The notes beneath the pieces are model-generated. The model saw only the letters and a list, made by a program, of their open reading frames with translations, did not search any database and was not told the origin of the DNA. 64,000 nt of DNA from Waterburya sp. Its GTDB lineage: Bacteria > Cyanobacteriota > Cyanobacteriia > Cyanobacteriales > Xenococcaceae. The stretch is taken from assembly GCA_965217895.1 (NCBI GenBank), contig CBDCJV010000002.1, positions 4,064,001-4,128,000 of the forward strand, written 5' to 3'. The position numbers and the translations under genes are program-made. Every line of letters starts with the position of its first letter. Positions within the stretch are counted from its first letter, which is position 1. This document shows, one piece after another, positions 19,433-29,758 of this stretch.

Positions 19433-20506
19433 TTAATCGTCCATTTGCCAAGGTTGAGTAAGATTGCCTTCATCAAGTATCTTCTTAGGACGCAAAATCA
19501 GTACTAGTTGACCAACAATTGTTACATTTGGTTCAGTTTCAAACCAACGTACCTCTAATTTTCCTTCTATTTTGGCTACAAAATAGCTGCCAACATTCCA
19601 GGTTTTATTGGTTCGATCTAAAATGACCAAAACTTCTTCGATATTGCCACCAAGATATTTAGGCAGGAGGTTGCTTGGACATAAATAGGCTACAGGATCG
19701 TCTGCTTTGAGAACCGTTTGCCAACCAGGAACAGGTATATAAGTACCGCCCCTAGCTTGTATGTTGCCAAAAGGCTGTTTGATTTCTACTTTGTCTATTG
19801 CCTGTATTTCTTGATCGCCAAGGGGATATGAACCAGCCAAAGGCACAATGCGGGGCAACTCTTCTTCTAATTCTAAGCGATATAAGGGTAACAACGGTGC
19901 AGTGGCACTTTTGACTACGGTAAAGTCACTGAGAAGCTTGGTAATTTCGTCTCTAGCCGTATCTGAATGGGCGAATTTCAATCCTTGAGCAATTAAACGC
20001 GATCGCTCTTGAAGATCTTTTTTGCTTTTGGCTCTTTTCCAAGATATGTATGCTACCCAATCTCCAGGATGATTAGTAAAGGCTTCTGGTAGTTGAGACA
20101 TCCGTGACACGTCCTGCACCGCTTTGGCTACTATATGCGCCCCGTCTATATCAAGGCGTTTTTCATAAGCAAGCAGGCTAGCATCAACTCGCTGTTTCTG
20201 GTTTAATACCCGAAACTCATATAATACATCGCTGCGAGGCCCTCTAAAGTATTCTAATACTTCTGGTGTAACACCACCTTTGACTAAATTATCAAAAACT
20301 TGAGCAGCCACAATGACTAAATTTTGCTGACTATTTTGAAATCCAGTCTCTTCAAAGATTTTCTGGCTACTATATCCAGCTTTTTGTAACTTTTGGCAAA
20401 TTTGCCCCCACTCTACCCAAGTACCTTCCTTGTGTAAGAGCGATCGCATTAATTCTTGTCCTTCTGCTGCCGATATTTGAGTTTGACTATCTGGAATATT
20501 ATTCAT
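19433..20506 (-). CDS. raf1: Rubisco accumulation factor 1
   Basis: LLHKEGTWVEWG, IFEETG, SDVLYEFRVL, VPGWQ, LRPKKILDE and C-terminal WQMDD. Confidence 0.9.
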   Translation of the reverse strand: MNNIPDSQTQISAAEGQELMRSLLHKEGTWVEWGQICQKLQKAGYSSQKIFEETGFQNSQQNLVIVAAQVFDNLVKGGVTPEVLEYFRGPRSDVLYEFRVLNQKQRVDASLLAYEKRLDIDGAHIVAKAVQDVSRMSQLPEAFTNHPGDWVAYISWKRAKSKKDLQERSRLIAQGLKFAHSDTARDEITKLLSDFTVVKSATAPLLPLYRLELEEELPRIVPLAGSYPLGDQEIQAIDKVEIKQPFGNIQARGGTYIPVPGWQTVLKADDPVAYLCPSNLLPKYLGGNIEEVLVILDRTNKTWNVGSYFVAKIEGKLEVRWFETEPNVTIVGQLVLILRPKKILDEGNLTQPWQMDD

Positions 20507-20540
20507 AGCTTTTAAGTTTACTCTTTCCTAACGTCAGTAA

Positions 20541-21284
20541 TTAAGCTACACCAGGAAAACGACGATATTTGAGCAAGAAACCCGCAATCATTAGCAAAAT
20601 GATAATTGCTGTACCGATACCAATGGGGCTAGGTAGCCAAAATACGGCTTTAATATGATTTACCTCTCCTGGATGGAGTTGCCAAACTAAACCTTTTTTA
20701 AGAGCATTTTTGGTTGGCTGAAGGTTATCTGTATTGGAGATGCTGTGAGCAATCCAAGGCGTATTTAATTGAAACTTCAAGTCAGCCAGAGAATCTCGAT
20801 CAATGACGATATTTTCTTGTCTACTGAGAATTCCTAACGCTCTCAAGTCTATAGTCAGATCGATGCTGTTACGTTCGACAAAAATCAGATTGCTTTGATG
20901 TAAATCTACCTGAGAATTAAGCTCAATCAACTCAACTTTATCTTGAGGGATAGTCGCATTGGGAACAATAGCAGTTTGAAAAAGCTGGTTAAATTTTTGT
21001 GCCAATTCTGCACCGTTACCAAAGGGAATGGTTAGCAAAAGTTCTTGAGAATTAAGCTTTTTGACGCTTCCTTTGAACTGGCGCGATCGCTTTTCTAGAC
21101 TATTCAACCATTGTCTAGTATCCCCTGGTGCAAGGCTGGTTAGCTTATCATCAACTTTAATATGCTGCGTAATCTCGCCACTATAGGGAGTCTTAAAATT
21201 TACTCCCACTTCGTAATCAACACAGCCAGTCAACAAGGTTGTCAAACACAAAATCGGCAACAAAAATCTTAAAAAACTGTTCAT
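20541..21284 (-). CDS. DUF3153-like lipoprotein
   Basis: Lipobox LLTGC, WQLHPGEVN..FWLPSPIGIG and a C-terminal TM. Confidence 0.75.
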   Translation of the reverse strand: MNSFLRFLLPILCLTTLLTGCVDYEVGVNFKTPYSGEITQHIKVDDKLTSLAPGDTRQWLNSLEKRSRQFKGSVKKLNSQELLLTIPFGNGAELAQKFNQLFQTAIVPNATIPQDKVELIELNSQVDLHQSNLIFVERNSIDLTIDLRALGILSRQENIVIDRDSLADLKFQLNTPWIAHSISNTDNLQPTKNALKKGLVWQLHPGEVNHIKAVFWLPSPIGIGTAIIILLMIAGFLLKYRRFPGVA

Positions 21285-21308
21285 TGTTCATTGTTCATTG
21301 ATAATTGT

Positions 21309-22613
21309 TCATTGTCTAGCTGCCACACCCAACTTGGCAAAAAGAATATGGGGAACATAAGAACTGCTACCTACCCATTCAGGGCGATCGCTCATATCCA
21401 CTACATTATTGAAAGCTTCAAAAATGTTTCCTGCCACCATTGTATCTTTTACCCTACCGACAATTTTTCCCTGTTCGACTTTATAACCTAAATCGATGTT
21501 GACAGAAAATTCTCCTGCCAAAACATTAGATTGTCCTGCACCCAAAACCTGATCGACAATAATACCTTCGTCTATGCCAGCAATAAGCTCATCAACGCTA
21601 GTTTTACCAGGGTCAAGACAAACATTGGCTAGACTGGGGCTAGGACGGGATATCCCACCCCGAAAACCATTTCCACTAGACTGTACACCATGACGGGCAG
21701 CCCAGCGTCTATCCCAGTAAAACTGCTTGACAACACCATTATCAATCAAATGTTTTTTGCTGGTTGCAACTCCTTCATCATCAAACTTACAGGCAGAAAC
21801 TCCAAGGCTAGGATCTTCAAATACATTAATGCGCTCATCAAATATTTTTTCGCCCAGTTTGTCAGTCAAAGGGGAAGCCTTCTGCACTATTGATTGACCA
21901 GAAAAAATTGTGCCAAACATACTGCCCATTGTGCTGCTGGCTGCACTAGGTGTAAACAATACAGGATATGTCCCGCTGGTAATATTTGCTTTGCCTTCTG
22001 CGCGCCGATACTTTTGAATAAGCTTGTGTAAAATTGCTTCATAATCAGGCTGGCGATCGCTGGTTACTTCATAAGCATAAGCCTGTAAAAAGTCCTCGCC
22101 TCTAACTAAATTACCTGAGATAACTGCACTAAGGCTTTGACCATTTTGCTCGGTATAAACATCGGTGGTAGTAGCCAGCTTTTCAACACCAGAGCGACTA
22201 TGGAAGCTGACATCAACCAATATATCTTGGTTATACTGATGAACTTTGCTGATTAAATCTTCGCCTACGTTGACTAGCTTCTCGGTGTTGGGAAATTGAT
22301 AATTATCCTGGGGTTCAACATAATTTACGTCTTCAGTGAAATCAAACTCTACAGGATCGCCAATCTCTGCCGTAGCCACTGCTGCATCTACTAAGTCCGA
22401 CAAACGAGTTAAATCTGTAGAGCTAGCAAAACCCAATTTATTATCGACAATCACTCTCAAGGCAATACCTTCAGATGCTTTAGTCTCCAAGGATTTTAAG
22501 CGATTATTCGCAAACTCAATCGGCGTATCCCGACTAGAAGCATAATAAGCCTCGGCTTTGATACCCTTTTTCTTCGCAAGCTCGATTACCTGCTCAACTA
22601 TCTGATCCTTCAA
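21309..22613 (-). CDS. pmbA: TldD/PmbA family protein (PmbA/TldE type)
   Basis: GIALRVI..KLGFASST, FDDEGV, GEFS..GY.VEQG..G.VKDTMVAGN. No HExxH. Confidence 0.85.
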   Translation of the reverse strand: MKDQIVEQVIELAKKKGIKAEAYYASSRDTPIEFANNRLKSLETKASEGIALRVIVDNKLGFASSTDLTRLSDLVDAAVATAEIGDPVEFDFTEDVNYVEPQDNYQFPNTEKLVNVGEDLISKVHQYNQDILVDVSFHSRSGVEKLATTTDVYTEQNGQSLSAVISGNLVRGEDFLQAYAYEVTSDRQPDYEAILHKLIQKYRRAEGKANITSGTYPVLFTPSAASSTMGSMFGTIFSGQSIVQKASPLTDKLGEKIFDERINVFEDPSLGVSACKFDDEGVATSKKHLIDNGVVKQFYWDRRWAARHGVQSSGNGFRGGISRPSPSLANVCLDPGKTSVDELIAGIDEGIIVDQVLGAGQSNVLAGEFSVNIDLGYKVEQGKIVGRVKDTMVAGNIFEAFNNVVDMSDRPEWVGSSSYVPHILFAKLGVAARQ

Positions 22614-22950
22614 TGCACTTGCTCCTTTATTTACGATGTTGGTGATTTTGAATGTATAAACCGAAAATAATATTGTTCTTAGCTTTCAGCTTTTAGCTCT
22701 TAGCTTTTAGCTTTTTTTAACAAGCAGTTAAAAGTTTTTAGTTTTGGCTATCATATCCCGATCCAACAACGTCTTTTTGCGTTTTTCTATTAGAGATTGG
22801 GGACTGGGGATTAAAATAAAAACATTAGATTTGCTACTTGCGCGAACGGTCGTTCGCCGCCTTTGCGAAGGAAAGTCGAGACGCGAAGCGCGTCTGCTAC
22901 TTGCTAATTTATTCCTCATCCCTCATCCTTCATAATTCATCCTTTGAAGG

Positions 22951-25209
22951 TTATTCTTCTTCCCAATCAGCATTCTGTGCCTCACTACCACCGCCAACGG
23001 TAACTAGATCGATTTGCTGACGATAGTAGTCTACACTTTTGACTTCTACTTCAACGCGATCGCCTAAACGATATGCCGTCTGATTTTTTCTACCTACCAA
23101 ACAGCTATTACGAGAGCGATATTCATACCAGTCGTCTTTTAAAGAACTAACATGAACTAAACCTTCTACTAGTAAATCTTCGATTTCGACAAAGAAACCA
23201 TAAGACTGTACCCCTGTGATTAAGCCTTCAAAGATTTTACCTGTGCGTTCTTTCATTTGTTCGGCTTTTTTTAGTCCCGCCAGATCTTTTTCTGCATCTT
23301 CTGCCTGCTTTTCGCGGTCATTTAAAAACGGTAGCGTAGTTTGAATATCGATTTCAATCTGCTCTTGAACATTGGGAGGCAATACCTTCCAGTTGATTTG
23401 TCCGTGACAACTGCTGCTAGTCAAGTCTACCCCCTCTTTGGTGCGACTGTGACGGCGATCGCGTCCATGCTCAAATACTGCCTTCAAAATCCGCTGAATG
23501 ATTAGATCGACGTATCTCTGACCAGGTGAGATGCAGTGAGTATAACCATCTTCATAAGCCAAGCCAAAGTGTTTTCCAGGTTTAGTCAGATACTTGACTG
23601 GTTTGAAGGTGGTTTGCAACAGATAATTCAATACCATTATTGCTGACGAAGTATTAAACTGCTCCGTAAGTCTTTGATAGTCTTGGGGCGTAACGGTTTC
23701 TTCAACGCTAAGATCTAGGTCTAAGCCCAGGTTATTACCCAGCTTGATTAAATCTTCTAATTCTTCTACATCTGGCTCTGCCTGAGTACAGTAAACTCCT
23801 GGTAGTTCTAATGCCTGTAGATGTTCGGCGACTACTTTTCCTGCCAGAATTGTTAATTCTGTGAGCATCGAATGCACGGGTAAGGCAGACACTCCCAAAA
23901 TTGTTCCCATTCTTCCCTCATCTTTGAAAAGACTATGAATTTCTGGTGTGGTTACTTCTAAACCTCCCCTCTGCAAACGTTGAGCTTTAACTAATGGACT
24001 TAAGGTAAAAAACAAATCTGATAACATCGGCACAAGAGATGCTAGCTTTTTGTCTGGTTTTGACTCGCCACTGATTAATTCTTGAGTTTCTTGATAGGTA
24101 AGCTGATGATCTACAGAAATTACGGTCGGCGCAATTTGATATTCAACAATATTGCCTTGGGCATCTAGAGTAATCATTACCGAAATTGCCAGACGATTTT
24201 TGCCTGGAATTAAAGAGCAAAGCTTACTAACTTTTTCAGGAAACAAAGGCAAAACTTGCTTGCGAAGATTCACGGCAATACCGCGTTTTCTGGCAATACG
24301 ATCTAAGATCGTATCTTGTTCTATGTAGTGAGCTACATCAGCAATGTGGATTCCTAGCTGCCAGTTGTCGGCTGCGGTTTTTTCTAAGGTAAAAGCATTT
24401 TCAATCCAGTCACTATTTGCCAGATTAGATTCAGATTCAATGGTAAAAGTTAGCTTGTTTTTTAAATCCAAACGACTTTTGCTTTCGGCTGCGGGTATAC
24501 GCGCACTTGGTAATTTAGCAGTAGCAGCGATCGCTTTTTCAGGAAAATCTTGAGGTAAATCGTGTTTACAAGAAACAATATCTATATCGGCAGCTTCCTC
24601 CGCATCACTGCCCAACACTTTAGTTACCTGACCTAATGGGGGATGTTGCCCTAGAGGATAGCGCAGGACTGAAACGTGAACTAGGTGTTCTATAGCTGCC
24701 TGGAGGTCTTTGCCGTTGTCTTTGAGGTCAAGTTCAAACAATAAGCGGTCATCAAGGGGTATGGCTCGATATTTCTCTTCTTTTGCCGTAACCGTGGCTA
24801 ATAATGAAGGATTAGACCGTTCTAAAATTAACTTAACTTCACCTTCAGGAGAGCGACGACGACTGCCTTCTTTAATAATTTTGACAAAAACGCGATCTCC
24901 ATTCCAGGCATTGCTTAAGTGGCTTTCTCGCACATAAATGTCATCGGCATTTTCTTCATCTTGGATGGCAAAGCAAAATCCTTTGCTAGAACATCTTAAT
25001 TTTGCTTCAACTACGCCATCTTCATACAGACGACGATATTTGCCTCTTTCTTTGGTCAAAACGTTAATTTTTTCTAAAGCATCAAGAGCTATCTGAAGCT
25101 TTTGAACCCCCTCCTTATCTTCACAACCAAGTTTTTTTTCTATATTTTTGCCCGCGACTAATTTATCATCAACGAACTGAGCTAATAATGTAGCGATTGA
25201 AAATTCCAT
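22951..25209 (-). CDS. rnr: Ribonuclease R / RNase II family (RNB plus S1)
   Basis: Cold-shock domain KGFCFA, HIADVAHY, HFGLA..YTH.ISP..RY.DL, and S1 GLITGVQSYGFFVE..EGLVHVS. Confidence 0.88.
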   Translation of the reverse strand: MEFSIATLLAQFVDDKLVAGKNIEKKLGCEDKEGVQKLQIALDALEKINVLTKERGKYRRLYEDGVVEAKLRCSSKGFCFAIQDEENADDIYVRESHLSNAWNGDRVFVKIIKEGSRRRSPEGEVKLILERSNPSLLATVTAKEEKYRAIPLDDRLLFELDLKDNGKDLQAAIEHLVHVSVLRYPLGQHPPLGQVTKVLGSDAEEAADIDIVSCKHDLPQDFPEKAIAATAKLPSARIPAAESKSRLDLKNKLTFTIESESNLANSDWIENAFTLEKTAADNWQLGIHIADVAHYIEQDTILDRIARKRGIAVNLRKQVLPLFPEKVSKLCSLIPGKNRLAISVMITLDAQGNIVEYQIAPTVISVDHQLTYQETQELISGESKPDKKLASLVPMLSDLFFTLSPLVKAQRLQRGGLEVTTPEIHSLFKDEGRMGTILGVSALPVHSMLTELTILAGKVVAEHLQALELPGVYCTQAEPDVEELEDLIKLGNNLGLDLDLSVEETVTPQDYQRLTEQFNTSSAIMVLNYLLQTTFKPVKYLTKPGKHFGLAYEDGYTHCISPGQRYVDLIIQRILKAVFEHGRDRRHSRTKEGVDLTSSSCHGQINWKVLPPNVQEQIEIDIQTTLPFLNDREKQAEDAEKDLAGLKKAEQMKERTGKIFEGLITGVQSYGFFVEIEDLLVEGLVHVSSLKDDWYEYRSRNSCLVGRKNQTAYRLGDRVEVEVKSVDYYRQQIDLVTVGGGSEAQNADWEEE

Positions 25210-25290
25210 CTAAAAATTATCCTTATCCAATAGTAATTTAGTAACTACAAAAGCGAAGATGACTATATTAACTCGTACTCTATGGTTTAT

Positions 25291-25384
25291 ACCTCATGCC
25301 AGGCTTTTCTGAGACGGAAACTACCTGTTTCGCGGTTGGGATTTCCCTGAAAAGGGAATCTCTCTTTACACACACAGCAGAGGT
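25291..25384 (-). ncRNA. Candidate structured RNA in the 5' leader of rnr
   Basis: On the minus strand ACCUCUGCUG pairs with UGGCAUGAGGU and encloses the hairpin GAUUCCCU-UUUC-AGGGAAAUC. GC-richer than the flanking intergenic DNA. Confidence 0.35.
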
Positions 25385-25720
25385 TAAGATAACGAAATGT
25401 AGGTCGTTGGGCTGTTGCTCTGCATTTTTATAGAGTTTGAGAGAGTTATCGGCTAATAGTCTCCTCACTTAAAGAATGGCTTTAAAAGTTATAGTGAGAT
25501 TTATTATCTACCCAATTTACACTTTTTACACCTAGTAGTTTTAGCTTGCGATCGCCAACAAATTAATCATAATATGAATCTCAATCACAAAAACTACAAT
25601 TTGACCTGTAGCCAATTCGGTATCTATTGTAAATTCTCAATACTTATTGGCAAATTTCTTTTTTCTGTCGGCAATAAGTAGTAAATTAATACTAACAAAT
25701 TAAAGATAAATTTTAAGGAT

Positions 25721-26533
25721 ATGATGCTAACTAAATTTCGCGAACAATATCCTCAAGGAAGTTTGGTCAGTGAATTGGTAAAAATAGACCGAGGAATCTA
25801 CATTGTCAGAGCTTCAGTTCAGATAGACAGTACTGTTTTAGCTACTGGTTTGGCAGCAGCGGACAAAATCGAAGTGGCAGAAGATAAAGCCAGGGAAAGA
25901 GCGATCGCCGCATTGGCTCTAGATCTGCATCAAACCTCTTCTAATCTGAAAACAGAAAAATCAGTCATCAACTCAACCTTGCCAGACTCTATAATACCTA
26001 ATGACCCCGAGCAGATAGCTCCAGCTTTAGTAAATAAAACAAGCAACATTAGTAATATTAACGATAGCACTAAAACTTTATCGACATTAGAAGCTATTGG
26101 GCTTAAAACCTCTACGGCAAAAACCGAACCAGCTATAGTTTCTCAACCGCCGACACCAGAACCTTCGGTCGAACCTGAAAATGTAGAAGTTAACTCAAAT
26201 CCTGAGCCAGTAATTAATTCTAGTAATTTATTCGAGGGAACGTCTGCCAAGGAGCAATACAGTAATCCTCTAGCTGAAAATAATAATATCGTTTCTCAAC
26301 TGCCAGATTCTAATGATAGCCAAAATATAGAGTCTGAAACAACAGAAACTATTGACTTTAATGAAATTAAGCAAAAAACTGATATTGAAATAAAAAGGTT
26401 AGGCTGGACAAAAGACGACGGACGAGAATTTTTAAAAACTCGCTATGGTAAGCGCAGTCGTCTTCACTTGACTGATGAGCAGCTATTAGAATTTCTGCGT
26501 TACCTAGAAAAAGAACCAACACCAGTAAAATAA
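25721..26533 (+). CDS. Hypothetical protein with conserved-looking ends and a low-complexity linker
   Basis: FREQYPQGSLVSELV N-terminus and RLGWT..GREFL..YGKRSR..LTDEQL C-terminus. Confidence 0.75.
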   Translation: MMLTKFREQYPQGSLVSELVKIDRGIYIVRASVQIDSTVLATGLAAADKIEVAEDKARERAIAALALDLHQTSSNLKTEKSVINSTLPDSIIPNDPEQIAPALVNKTSNISNINDSTKTLSTLEAIGLKTSTAKTEPAIVSQPPTPEPSVEPENVEVNSNPEPVINSSNLFEGTSAKEQYSNPLAENNNIVSQLPDSNDSQNIESETTETIDFNEIKQKTDIEIKRLGWTKDDGREFLKTRYGKRSRLHLTDEQLLEFLRYLEKEPTPVK

Positions 26534-26666
26534 ACCCAGAAATTATCTAAGATTTGTTACTATCAGATACCGAACACAAGTTAACCCTTGTATCATCGTG
26601 TCAAAATAACAATAATAAAGATAGTAAAGTCCACTAAAATAGGAGTTACTCACAGAGGAAAAACTC

Positions 26667-26978
26667 ATGTTACACCGCAAGATTTATCAACTCTGTCAAG
26701 ATGGTCGTGAAGTCTGTATTTTCTTGCGGGATCAGCAACGCTGGATTGAAGGCGGATGTATTGTTGATTTCGAGGGAGATATTGTGACGATTCGCTATGA
26801 GACAGAAGAAGAAGACGAGATTAGCTCTTGGGAAGAAATGGTGCGCCTAGAAAGTATTGGTGCTGTTACCCAAAAACTGGCTTCGGTATCCAAAACCAAC
26901 AGCGAAATTATAGTTTCCGATGACTGTCCTGAAGCAGAGCAAATCCATCCTCCCTCACCAGAACATAATCAAGATTAA
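26667..26978 (+). CDS. Small conserved cyanobacterial protein (DUF6679-like)
   Basis: MLHRKIYQLC.DGREV.IFLRDQQRWIE with GAGG RBS. Confidence 0.75.
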   Translation: MLHRKIYQLCQDGREVCIFLRDQQRWIEGGCIVDFEGDIVTIRYETEEEDEISSWEEMVRLESIGAVTQKLASVSKTNSEIIVSDDCPEAEQIHPPSPEHNQD

Positions 26979-27055
26979 CTGTTTCATGATTTAGTTATGG
27001 CAGTTAAAACAACTTTATTAAACTACAAACTACAAACGACGAACTACAAACTAAA

Positions 27056-28711
27056 TCAATTAGCTTCTTTTTCTTTCGCTTCAAAAACTGGACAGTAGCC
27101 TTCTGGCACTACCTTAAAACCGTAAAGAGGCGACATTTGATTCCAGCAACGTTGATTGCCATAGTGTAAACAGCGATCGCAGCAGTCTAAATCTGATGAT
27201 ATTCGCCCTTGGCTATTAGAACTAAGTAGTTCTCTTTGAGATACTCCCCTAACTACCAATTCATCTCCTTGCCAACGTGCTTGGATAATACCAGTATCGG
27301 CGATGTTTTTCCATCTAGAGTCGTTACTAATGTTATCAGGTAAAATTATGGCGATCGCCGAACCAACTTCATTTAGCTCTCCTTCATAAAAAATAGGCTG
27401 AGGTGCTTTTGGCTGTAAAAAGCGATCGCCAATGGGCAACTCTACCAACATTTCATCAACAGGAGCATGAATCTGATAGCGGTTACGCAACTCTTCTAAA
27501 CTAGCAAGCTCCAGTAAATAGTTTAACGAGCCGTGGACAAAAATAACGTGCTGGGGGCGTAAGTTATGAATCAACTGAGTAGTGTTGCGTCCATCACTAT
27601 GTTCGGCCAATAAATAAGTCTCAATAGACACCGAAGATAGGCTATGAAGCAACTCTAGCTGTGGCGAATTTGGATGAATATAGTTCTGGGGATGTTCTGG
27701 TAACAAGATTAGCCATTCCCTGGTTTCTGTAGCTGGATATTCCCATAGGTCACTGCGATAATCTACCAAAAACACCCCAGCTTTTTGGTCATAAACTTTA
27801 TTCTCCAAAGGATTTAGACGACGCATTCTGGGGGAGATCCGTTCATCCCAAAACAAAGATTGATGCTTGGCAAAATTGCGAACAGATACAGGAAATTCAG
27901 ACAATAAATCTAGATAAATATCACAGGCAACAGCGACAGAATCATCCACCCAAATATCAATATCTTTGCCTGTAAACTGATGGTGCGATCGCAACAGTTT
28001 AAGTATTTCTTGCCCTAAGCCTATAGGAGGCACAGGAAGTAATACATTTTTGTTCTGCATCGAGGCTTGGTAAATACGCTCCATCAGCTGTTTTTCCTGG
28101 AGGCGACGATGGGGATGTCGTACTGTGCCATAACTGCCCTCGATAATCAGAATATCTGGAGATAGTCCCCGCAGGCTATCAATGGACATTCCTTCGACTA
28201 GCTGAAAGTTAGAAACAGAAAAATCCCCCGTATACATCACCCTGTAGTTACGTTCGGGGGTAGTGTAGGTAATCACAATAGCAGCAGCACCAGGTAAATG
28301 TCCCGCAGGCACTAATTCTATCTGTAAGTCTTGGCTGATGTTTACTGGCGATCGCCAAGGGACTACTGTACACCAATTTAGCTGTTCAAGAAGATCTTCA
28401 TCATGCCAATGAACCGCCAGTAATTTAGACGTAACTTCACTAGTATAAATTGGTAGTTGCGGAAAAGCCTGATGGAGCTGTAATAATCCCCGACAGTGAT
28501 CGTCGTGAGCATGAGAACAAAAAATTAAATCTGCTGGAGGCTGATTTTGCTCAAGCAGTATCTGCAAATTTTCCAGACCACAATCTAACAAAATGCGATA
28601 ATTACCAATCTGCAACAGCAAACAGATGCCTTCATCTCCATGACCTGCTCCATATACAAAACAGGATAAAGGCAGGGAGCTAGATAAAGCTTTCCCCTGA
28701 CTTTTACTCAT
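27056..28711 (-). CDS. MBL-fold / beta-CASP metallo-hydrolase (RNA-processing nuclease-like)
   Basis: LLDCG, SHAHDDH, AGHLPGA, YTGD, EGSYG, EHSD, FVHG and a C-terminal Cys cluster. Confidence 0.88.
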   Translation of the reverse strand: MSKSQGKALSSSLPLSCFVYGAGHGDEGICLLLQIGNYRILLDCGLENLQILLEQNQPPADLIFCSHAHDDHCRGLLQLHQAFPQLPIYTSEVTSKLLAVHWHDEDLLEQLNWCTVVPWRSPVNISQDLQIELVPAGHLPGAAAIVITYTTPERNYRVMYTGDFSVSNFQLVEGMSIDSLRGLSPDILIIEGSYGTVRHPHRRLQEKQLMERIYQASMQNKNVLLPVPPIGLGQEILKLLRSHHQFTGKDIDIWVDDSVAVACDIYLDLLSEFPVSVRNFAKHQSLFWDERISPRMRRLNPLENKVYDQKAGVFLVDYRSDLWEYPATETREWLILLPEHPQNYIHPNSPQLELLHSLSSVSIETYLLAEHSDGRNTTQLIHNLRPQHVIFVHGSLNYLLELASLEELRNRYQIHAPVDEMLVELPIGDRFLQPKAPQPIFYEGELNEVGSAIAIILPDNISNDSRWKNIADTGIIQARWQGDELVVRGVSQRELLSSNSQGRISSDLDCCDRCLHYGNQRCWNQMSPLYGFKVVPEGYCPVFEAKEKEAN

Positions 28712-28877
28712 ACAAATAGCTCCTGAAAACTAAGATCGCCACAAACATCTAATACGCGTCTTTGTTTAAGATCTTAAGTTATAGCAGTCACAAAGTTCGA
28801 TTAAATCTAAAGAGAAGTTAAGCTCAATTTAAATGATTGAACAAATACAGTTGAATAATTGCTAATTAGTTTAATAA

Positions 28878-29000
28878 TCAATGGGCTGAACCGTTACCAT
28901 CATATTTGTCGGTATCATAATAACCGCCCTTGGTGCCAAAAAACAAACAGGTGACGGTAAAGATTCCTGTTAGAATTAGCAGAATTAATTTAACATCCAT
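28878..29000 (-). CDS. ndhP: NDH-1 complex small subunit NdhP (40 aa; not in ORF track)
   Basis: Manual translation MDVKLILLILTGIFTVTCLFFGTKGGYYDTDKYDGNGSAH*: one TM plus the characteristic FGT..GYYDTD.Y.GNGSAH tail. Confidence 0.9.
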   Translation of the reverse strand: MDVKLILLILTGIFTVTCLFFGTKGGYYDTDKYDGNGSAH

Positions 29001-29288
29001 AATCATAAAATCTCGTTTACTAAAACTCTTCTTATATGATAATGCGATAATCTAGCAGCAATTCTGCAAAAAATCTATTAAATTATACCTATATGTAGTT
29101 GCCCTAATCCTTTTTGTTCATAGCAACAACGCCTTGAAACAGCAGAAACAAACCACTAGTGACAATAATTAATGCCACTACACCAAATGTCAAATCCATC
29201 CAGCTACTGTTTTCCATTTGTTTTCCTAAATTGAATATAGAATAATCAGTAATATTATTTACATTTTTTCATAATTACTTACATTAGA

Positions 29289-29549
29289 ATGTTTCGAGTT
29301 ATAACTCCTGGTTTTGCAGCACATTACACTCGCTGGACAGATGCTTTAAACAAAGCTAATTCCTTGATACCTAGCTGCAAAGGTTTGTTCAAAGATGTGC
29401 GTATTTATTATGGAGATAATTTGATTTGGCTTTACAGTCGATCGCATAAATATCCTCAATATATTGGCGCAGGTATTTACGATAAGTTAGCCAAACTGTT
29501 TATCATCGAGGCAATGGAAGAAGAAGCTGAAGAACCTCTTTTAGACTAG
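29289..29549 (+). CDS. Hypothetical protein
   Basis: 86 aa ATG ORF with natural-looking composition (WLYSRSHKYPQYIGAG). Confidence 0.65.
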   Translation: MFRVITPGFAAHYTRWTDALNKANSLIPSCKGLFKDVRIYYGDNLIWLYSRSHKYPQYIGAGIYDKLAKLFIIEAMEEEAEEPLLD

Positions 29550-29686
29550 TGCGATCGCAACTACTCTAATTCATAATTAAATCTTGGCATGAATTATAGT
29601 CTTGAATATTTTTAGTTTATATAAAGTAAATATTTTTTTTTGATGAATTTTGTTGTTTTTTTTGCGAATTATTTTTATGACCATAG

Positions 29687-29722
29687 ACAAAAGCCTATAT
29701 TATTCACAATATAGGCTTTTGT
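29687..29722. promoter_or_regulatory. 15 bp perfect inverted repeat upstream of the pentapeptide gene
   Basis: ACAAAAGCCTATATT-ATTCAC-AATATAGGCTTTTGT. Confidence 0.5.
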
Positions 29723-29758
29723 AACTTAAAATAATATTTGTAATATTTAATTCAAAAT

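Noticed and set aside
22728..23020. Three short overlapping ORFs
   Set aside because: They run through heptamer repeats and a hairpin repeat element and are likely spurious.
25280..25468. 62 aa ORF, or glutamine riboswitch / Yfr2 identity
   Set aside because: The peptide has no recognisable motif. GAGACGGAA and GTGAGGAG are only short partial matches and the other conserved elements are missing.
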